In this document: one piece after another, positions 57,593 through 64,000 of the stretch
Layout of the letters: every line of letters begins with the position of its first letter
How positions within the stretch are numbered: position 1 is the stretch's first letter
DNA from: the human T2T-CHM13v2.0 reference genome, Homo sapiens
Assembly (NCBI RefSeq): GCF_009914755.1
Contig: NC_060926.1
DNA: 64,000 nucleotides
Reading direction: 5' to 3' (one strand)
Program-made: the position numbers and the translations under genes
The notes under the pieces: model-generated
The model's input: the letters and a program-made list of their open reading frames with translations, nothing else
Database searches by the model: none
What the model was told of the DNA's origin: nothing

Positions 57593-58156
57593 TGTCAGAG
57601 GCTGCATTCCCAGTAAGTTAGGCATTCTTAGTCACAGGATGACTAAGGAGGTTGGCACAAGATACAGATCATAAAAATCTTGCTGATCAAACAGATTGTG
57701 GTAAAGAAGTCAGCCAAAACTGACCAAAACCAAGATGGTGATGAAAATGACCTCTGGTGGTGCTCACTGCTCATTATACACTAATTATAATGCATTTGCA
57801 TGCTAAAAGACACGCCCACCAGCACCATGACAGTTTACAAATGCCTTAGCAATGTTAAGAAGTTATCCTATACAGTCTAAAACGGGGAGGAACGCTTAGT
57901 TCTGGGAATTGCCCACCCCTTACCCAAAAAACTCTGGAATAATCCACAACTTGTTTAGCATATAATCAAGAAATAACTATAAGTATACTTAGTTGAGCAG
58001 TCCATGCCACTGCCCTGCTGTGGAGTATTCTTTTGTTTCTTTACTTTTTTAATAAACTTGCTTTCACTTTAGTCTGTAGACTAGCCCTGAATTCTTTCTT
58101 GCCTGAGGTCCAAGAACCCTCTCCTGGGTCTGGATTGGCACCGCTTTCCAGTAACA
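57593..58156 (+). mobile_element. MER41 (MER41B-like) 5' LTR
   Basis: tgtcagagg...caagatacagatcataaa...ccaagatggtgatgaaa...aataaacttgctttcacttt...gaggtccaagaaccctctc...ccagtaaca. Confidence 0.88.
57900..57908. promoter_or_regulatory. GAS (STAT1) motif TTCTGGGAA in the MER41 LTR
   Basis: TTCNNNGAA consensus at the position expected for MER41; the partner site is degenerate (ttacccaaaa). Confidence 0.55.
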
Positions 58157-58346
58157 TCTTCCTGGCAACCATGAAGGGACTACACTGAGGAAACCTGACT
58201 CAAAGGAAATAGAATGCAGCACCAATTAGCCGACTTTGGGTAAGTGGCGAGGTACTTTTTACCCAGGTAAAGGGTGAGATTGGGTTAGAGGCCCAATTTA
58301 AGAGGATTACAGTCTCACCTAAAACACACAGAGTTAAAAGCACCTC

Positions 58347-58642
58347 TTTTTTTTTGAGACGGAGTCTCACTCTGTCACCCAGGCTGGGGTGCAATGGCGC
58401 AATCTTGGCTCACTGCAACCTCCTCCTCCCGGGTTCATGCAACAAGTGATTCTCCTGCCTCAGCCTCTCGAGTAGCTGGGACTACAGGCATGTGCCACCA
58501 CACCTGGCTAATTTTTGTATTTTTCATAGAGATGGGGTTTCACCATGTTGGCCAGGCTGGTCTCGACCTCCTGACTTTGTGATCTGTCCGCCTCAGCCTC
58601 CCAAAGTGTGGGGATTATAGGCGTGAGCCACCGCACCTGGCC
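58347..58642 (-). mobile_element. AluS nested in MER41-int
   Basis: Full dimer; TSD cacctctt. Confidence 0.94.
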
Positions 58643-60344
58643 AAGACACCTCTTAATAAAAGGCAAGAACGCTTGACCAAACTTGGATTAAAGGCCCAAC
58701 TTAAGAAGGTTAGTGTCCCTCCTAAGATTTAGAGGGTGAGAGCCCCCTCTTAGTAAAGTCTCTTTTGGTTAAAAATGGATTTTGCAATATGGGATGTTAA
58801 CCACTATTCTCTTTGGATTAATCTGCCTTGCACTCTTTGCTGATGGCTGTGAGGGACAGGATTAGGCATGTACATAATCATGGGACATGGGGAGCTTTTT
58901 TCCTTTCTAAAGCGGGAGACTTGAGAGCTGATGGGACTGCTGGAAAAGTTCCCTTTGCAACTGACTAATGGCTGCCTGAACTTATGATTCAGTTTTGCTG
59001 CAATAGGTGGGTCTTTCTCTTGCCTCCCTGAGCTCTTTGCCTTCCCCACCCTGCGGCAAGCAATGCTTTTCTGTCTCTTTCTCTCATTTCCCTTTTCTAT
59101 CTTTTCTGTTCCTCAGGGCTAACAGCTTGCCCAGAGTCCACATGTTGAAACTCCTGGTCAGAGGTCATTCTAACCCACTTTGAATGGATTAAAGATGACA
59201 CGGCCCATCCTGGGGCAAGTTTGGTACTTGCTAGTTTGGTATTGGCTGCTAAGTGAAGTGACTAATGTCTATGTTTTGTCAAATCACATGTATTTTTCTC
59301 TGCTCATAATGGAAAATGTTAATTTGGTTACCCTGTGCAACCTCTTGCATGGTGTCTTGCAAAACTAAGAGGCTTTTGCCTATGGCTTTATAAAATGGAA
59401 AAAGGCAATTTTCCTTTGTAATGTGGCTTGGCCCCCAGAGGTATGTGCAGCAAGCAGGGTCACTAGGGCTGCTCAGGACAAGGGAAACTAGAAACCTCAC
59501 ATGCTGGCCAAAGGGTAAGAATTTTTTACCAGTCAGGCTTCTGACCTCTCTCTCTCTGTGCAAACTGGTTGAAATGAATGGTTAAAAATCACTGTTTATT
59601 TTCTCTGTAAAGTTTTGGTTAATGGGAAAAAGGATTTGTGAGGCTACTCTTAAGCTGTAGAGAATCTGGTGTACTTTGTGCTAAAAGTGTGTCTCTCTGT
59701 ATTGCTCTGTCATAAAGAGGAGTGTTTGTTTTAGTATAGAACATCGTCTTGGGACCCCATAAGCCCACTGTTCAAACCAGCCTGGCAAGCTGGTCAGTTG
59801 CAAAGTTTGCTGCAGGTCCCTGAAAAAAGAAAAAAAAAAAAGATGGATGAAGATTTCCTCTCATCTTGTTTTATGTCCTTGAGAGTTTGACCTTGTAACA
59901 ATGTGGCAGTACTTTCTCTTGGTCTCTGACAGCCAGGGAAGAGGAATTTGGGGGTTCATGTCATAATTAGCTCTAAAAGTTATCTTGAGCCTTTGCAAGC
60001 TCAAACTTGGCTGCTTTAGACTTCTGGGAAGAGCAGCGGAAATTGCCCAGTGCTGTAGCTTAGTGGCTAAGGCTTTGTCTTTTCCTAAGGATGGCCTGGG
60101 TTCAGGGTTCAATTCCTAACTTAGGAAATGAGTCCTTTCCGGTTTGATATCCGCGTGACTTTTGCCCTGTATTGATTATCTTCATTTCCATGAACAACTT
60201 CTGACTTCCCTTCTTGAATTTTCCTTTCTCTGGGGACCTGGGAGGTTACCTTTGGTAAACAACAAAAGCCAGACATATTGGCTGTTTTCCCTGGCTAAAG
60301 TTAGGTAATAAAAGAATTTAAAAGATTATTTTTAGAAGTGCTAT

Positions 60345-61700
60345 TGTGTCCGGAATTGGTGGGTTCTTGGTCTCACTGACTTCAAGAATGAAGCCGCGGA
60401 CCCTCGCGGTGAGTGTTACAGGTCTTAAGGTGGCGCGTCTGGAGTTTGTTCCTTCTGATGTTCGGATGTGTTCAGAGTTTCTTCCTTCTGGTAGGTTCGT
60501 GGTCTCGCTGGCTCAGGAGTGAAGCTGCAGACCTTCGCGGTGAGTGTTACAGCTCTTAAGGCAGCACGTCTGGAGTTGTTCATTCCTCCCGGTGGGCTCG
60601 TGGTCTCGCTGGCTTCAGGAGTGAAGCTGCAGACCTTCGCCGTGAGTGTTACAGCTCATAAAAGCAGCGTGGACCCAAAGAGTGAGCAGTAGCAAGATTG
60701 ATTGCAAAGAGCGAAAGAACAAAACTTCCACAGTGCGGAAGGGGACCCCAGCAGGTTGCCACTGCTGGCTGGGGCAGCCTGCTTTTCTTCTCTTATCTGG
60801 CCCCACCCACATCCTGCTGATTGGTAGAGCCGAGTGGCCTGTTTTGACAGGGCGCTGATTGGTGCGTTTACAATTGAGCTAGACACAAAGGTTCTCCACG
60901 TCCCCACCAGATTAGTTAGATAGAGAGTATCCACACACAGGTTCTCCAAGGCCCCACCAGAGCAGCTAGATACAGTGTCGATCGGTGCACTCACAAACCC
61001 TGAGCTAGACACAGGGTGCTGATTAGTGTTTTTATAAACCTTGAGCTAGACATAAAGATTCTCCACGTCGCCACCAGACTCAGGAGCCCAGCTGGCTTCA
61101 CCCAGTGGATCCTGCACCGGGGATGCAGGTGGAGCTGCCTGCCAGTCCCGTGCCATGCGCTCCCACTCCTCGGCCCTTGGGTGGTCGATGGGACTGGGCG
61201 CCCTGGAGCAGAGGGCGGCGCTCGTCGGGGAGGCTTGGGCTGCACAGGAACCCACGGAGGCGGGGGAAGGCTCAGGCATGGCGGGCTGCAGTCCAGAGGC
61301 CTGCCCCGGGGGAAAGCAGCTAAGGCCCGGTGAGAAATCGAGCGCAGCGCCGGTGGGCTGGCACTGCTGGGGGACCCAGTACACCCTCCGCAGCCACTGG
61401 CTCGGGTGCTAAGTCCCTCATTGCCCGGGGCCGGCAGGGCCAGCTGGCTGCTCCGAGTGCTGGGGCCCGCCAAGCCCACGCCCACCCGGAACTCCAGCTG
61501 GCCCGCAAGCGCCACAGGCAGCCCTGGTTCCGGCTCGCGCCTCTCCCTCCACACCTCCCCGCAAGCTGAGGGAGGGGGCTCCCACAGTGCAGCGGTGGGC
61601 TGAAGCGCTCCTCAAGTGCCGCCAAAGTGGGAGCCCAGGCAGAGGAGGCGCCCAGAGCGAGCGAGGGCTGTGAGGACTGCCAGCAGGCTGTCACCTCTCA
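60345..61700 (-). mobile_element. Solo LTR12C (ERV9), CpG-rich
   Basis: Minus strand starts tgagaggtgacagcctgctggcagtcctcacagccctcgctcgc and ends ccaattccggacaca; 4-bp TSD CTAT; CCAAT repeats. Confidence 0.96.
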
Positions 61701-62344
61701 CTATGGTTGTAAGTCAGCTTAATTAAAAAATAGATATCCAAACTATACATATATTTAAAAGGCCTTCATGTTATTTTTTCTCTTCTTGAATCTTATTTTT
61801 GTGAAGAAAAATTTTTTTTTATTTTTCTTCTCAGTTGACTGAATTGTTTTTCTCCATTTTGTCTGCTACTCTTGATGCACACATCAGATGATCTAAAAGA
61901 ATTTCTAGCAGCCTGGGACTCCTGAGGAAAACAGAGGAGGCGACACCAACCCTGTTTTGGGAAAAAACAAAAAAACTCTGTTTTCCTCATGAAACCCCAG
62001 GAACTAAAAGTGGGTAAATCTCTCTCAAAATTTAAGGCTGTGTTCCATTTTGCATTACGTCATCTGACATTTTTGACTATTGAGGGCATATCAGAAATTA
62101 CTTTGAATTATGAAAGGGCTTTGGTGTGTAATAACTAGATAGAAAATGTACTTTTAGGGATGTCTAATGGCAGTTGTGGGAGGATACTCTGCTCTTTGCC
62201 TGTTTGGATCAGAGAAGCCATGCCCTTGGCCTCCCAGAAAGTATGGAAATATGTCCACCCCCCTCTGAGAGATAAGATTCCTACGGGAGATGGGCTGATT
62301 TTCTTTGGGGGGAATCCAGGATCTGGTATAAAAATGCGATCCTG

Positions 62345-62719
<375 letters not shown>

Positions 62720-62969
62720 TCATAGAAACTGCATGCTTTAAAGAGAAACTTGAAACTGGCAAATGAAAAATCATACAAGTACTAGATCCTCTTCTGACTA
62801 TGATTTATAGGTGTTGTGTGTGTGATATGAAAGAGCTTTGATTAATTGGCTTAAAAATAGTGGGAACTTAAAGCAAATAATTTGTGGGAAAAATACAAAC
62901 TGTAATGCCTTTTAGTTCACATGACTAGTAAGCTGTGGGACATAAAGACATTTTTAAAGATGATTGGTT

Positions 62970-63077
62970 GTGCTCACTTTGGTAGCACATATATTAAAAT
63001 TAGAATGATACAGAGAAAATTAGCATGGCCCCTGTGAAAAGATGACATGCAAATTCATGAAGCATTCTATATTTTTT
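62970..63077 (+). pseudogene. Full-length U6 snRNA retropseudogene
   Basis: gtgctcactttggtagcacatatattaaaattagaatgatacagagaaaattagcatggcccctg...caaattcatgaagcattctatatttttt (ACAGAGA box retained, CpGs decayed). Confidence 0.95.
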
Positions 63078-63079
63078 AG

Positions 63080-63320
63080 AAACATGCCTGTTCTCACTGG
63101 TAATTAGAGCGAAACAAACTTAAAATGAGGTTTTTCTCCTCATTAAACTGGCAAAAATCTAATAAATTGCTAATATTCATTGTTGGTTACGATGTGGAGA
63201 AATAAGCACTTTCAAATACTGCTGGTATAAAAGGCAATTTGACAATAACTACCAACTTTTAAAATATGAATACTATGAATACCTACAATTCCACTTCTAG
63301 GAACCTGTCTCAAAATCATC
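63080..63320 (+). mobile_element. Ancient L1ME-like ORF2 3' fragment
   Basis: ctcactggtaattagag...tggcaaaaat...tgttggttacgatgtggagaaataagcactttcaaatactgctgg...caattccacttctagga. Confidence 0.6.
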
Positions 63321-63676
63321 ACATAATATATCCAGGAGAAATTTCTAACATTTCTGATAGTAGATATAGATTACCATATTTCTCAGCATAAATGTAGACT
63401 TCTTCTATTTTGCTTAAATAGAACATAATTTAATAATACTCCCTTAGAATTCTGAGAGAAAGCTGTTAGATTCAGACTAAAAAGTAATAGTGTTTTTAAC
63501 TTATTACAGATAGGTACAGAGCAGAGGTACTATATAAAGTACTTTACAGGAAAAAGTTTATTTAATCTTCGCAATAAAATGGTGAGCAATTGGAGGCAAG
63601 GAAGAGTTAGAAGGAGTGCCAAGGTAAATTGGTAAGTGGCTAAGTTGATGTTCATTCTTAATATTGGGGTTCACTG

Positions 63677-64000
63677 TGAGGTAGGAGTTCAGCAGGACTT
63701 GTTTCTCAAGACATAGGTAACAGAGACCCCACTGATAAAACAGGATGTGGCAAAGAAGCCTGCTGAAGCCAGCCACAATCAAGAAGACAACACTCATTAT
63801 AATTCACCAGCACCATGACAATTTACAGATGCCATGGAAACTCCTGGAAGTTACCCCATATTGTCTAAAAAGAGAAGAAATTCTCAGTTCCAGGAATTCC
63901 CAGCCCCTCTCCTGGAAAACTCCTGAATAATCTACCCCTTATTTGGCATTTAATCAAGAAATAATCACTAAAATATCCAAGCCACAGTCCTTGGGGCTGA
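63677..64000 (+). mobile_element. Second MER41-family LTR (MER41E/D-like), runs off the window end
   Basis: tgaggtaggagttcagcaggact...ccactgataaaacaggatgtggcaaagaagcc...ccagcaccatgacaatttaca; GAS TTCCAGGAA at 63888-63896. Confidence 0.75.

Noticed and set aside
60615-61694. Cluster of longer ORFs (up to 187 aa) and a CpG-island-like region
   Set aside because: Entirely within the GC-rich LTR12C; stop-poor frames on both strands, not a gene or a gene's CpG island.
62970-63077. Functional U6 gene
   Set aside because: Many substitutions with CpG decay, and the upstream sequence is ERV internal with no recognisable PSE/TATA.
63677-64000. Cognate 3' LTR of the MER41 provirus at 57593
   Set aside because: Different 5' end and too divergent from the 5' LTR; more likely a separate MER41 subfamily insertion.

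Overview
This is primate (very likely human/hominoid) repeat-rich non-coding genomic DNA. I find no credible protein-coding gene; the listed ORFs are short products of Alu, L1, LTR and low-complexity sequence. The window holds about 13 Alu/FAM elements and a ~10 kb nested cluster of old L1s. LTR elements include solo LTRs with intact target-site duplications (LTR12F-like, MER34-like, LTR1/27-like, LTR7/HERV-H, LTR12C), MaLR/ERVL LTRs and a truncated MER41 provirus. DNA transposons include a full-length dead Hsmar1 mariner, its MADE1 MITE and hAT MITEs. There are three small-RNA retrocopies (5S, U2, U6). The standout unexplained structure is a ~188 bp, ~96%-identical inverted repeat (42827-43444, 243 bp spacer) that I cannot assign to any repeat family; it carries CCAAT/GC-box/MYB-like motifs and has a splice donor just outside one arm. 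Also notable are a diverged ~230 bp exon-like direct duplication (52.4/55.9 kb) and a U6 retrocopy sitting at the break between MER41-int and an ancient L1. Repeat subfamily names come from remembered consensus sequences, not a database search, and boundaries of old elements are approximate.
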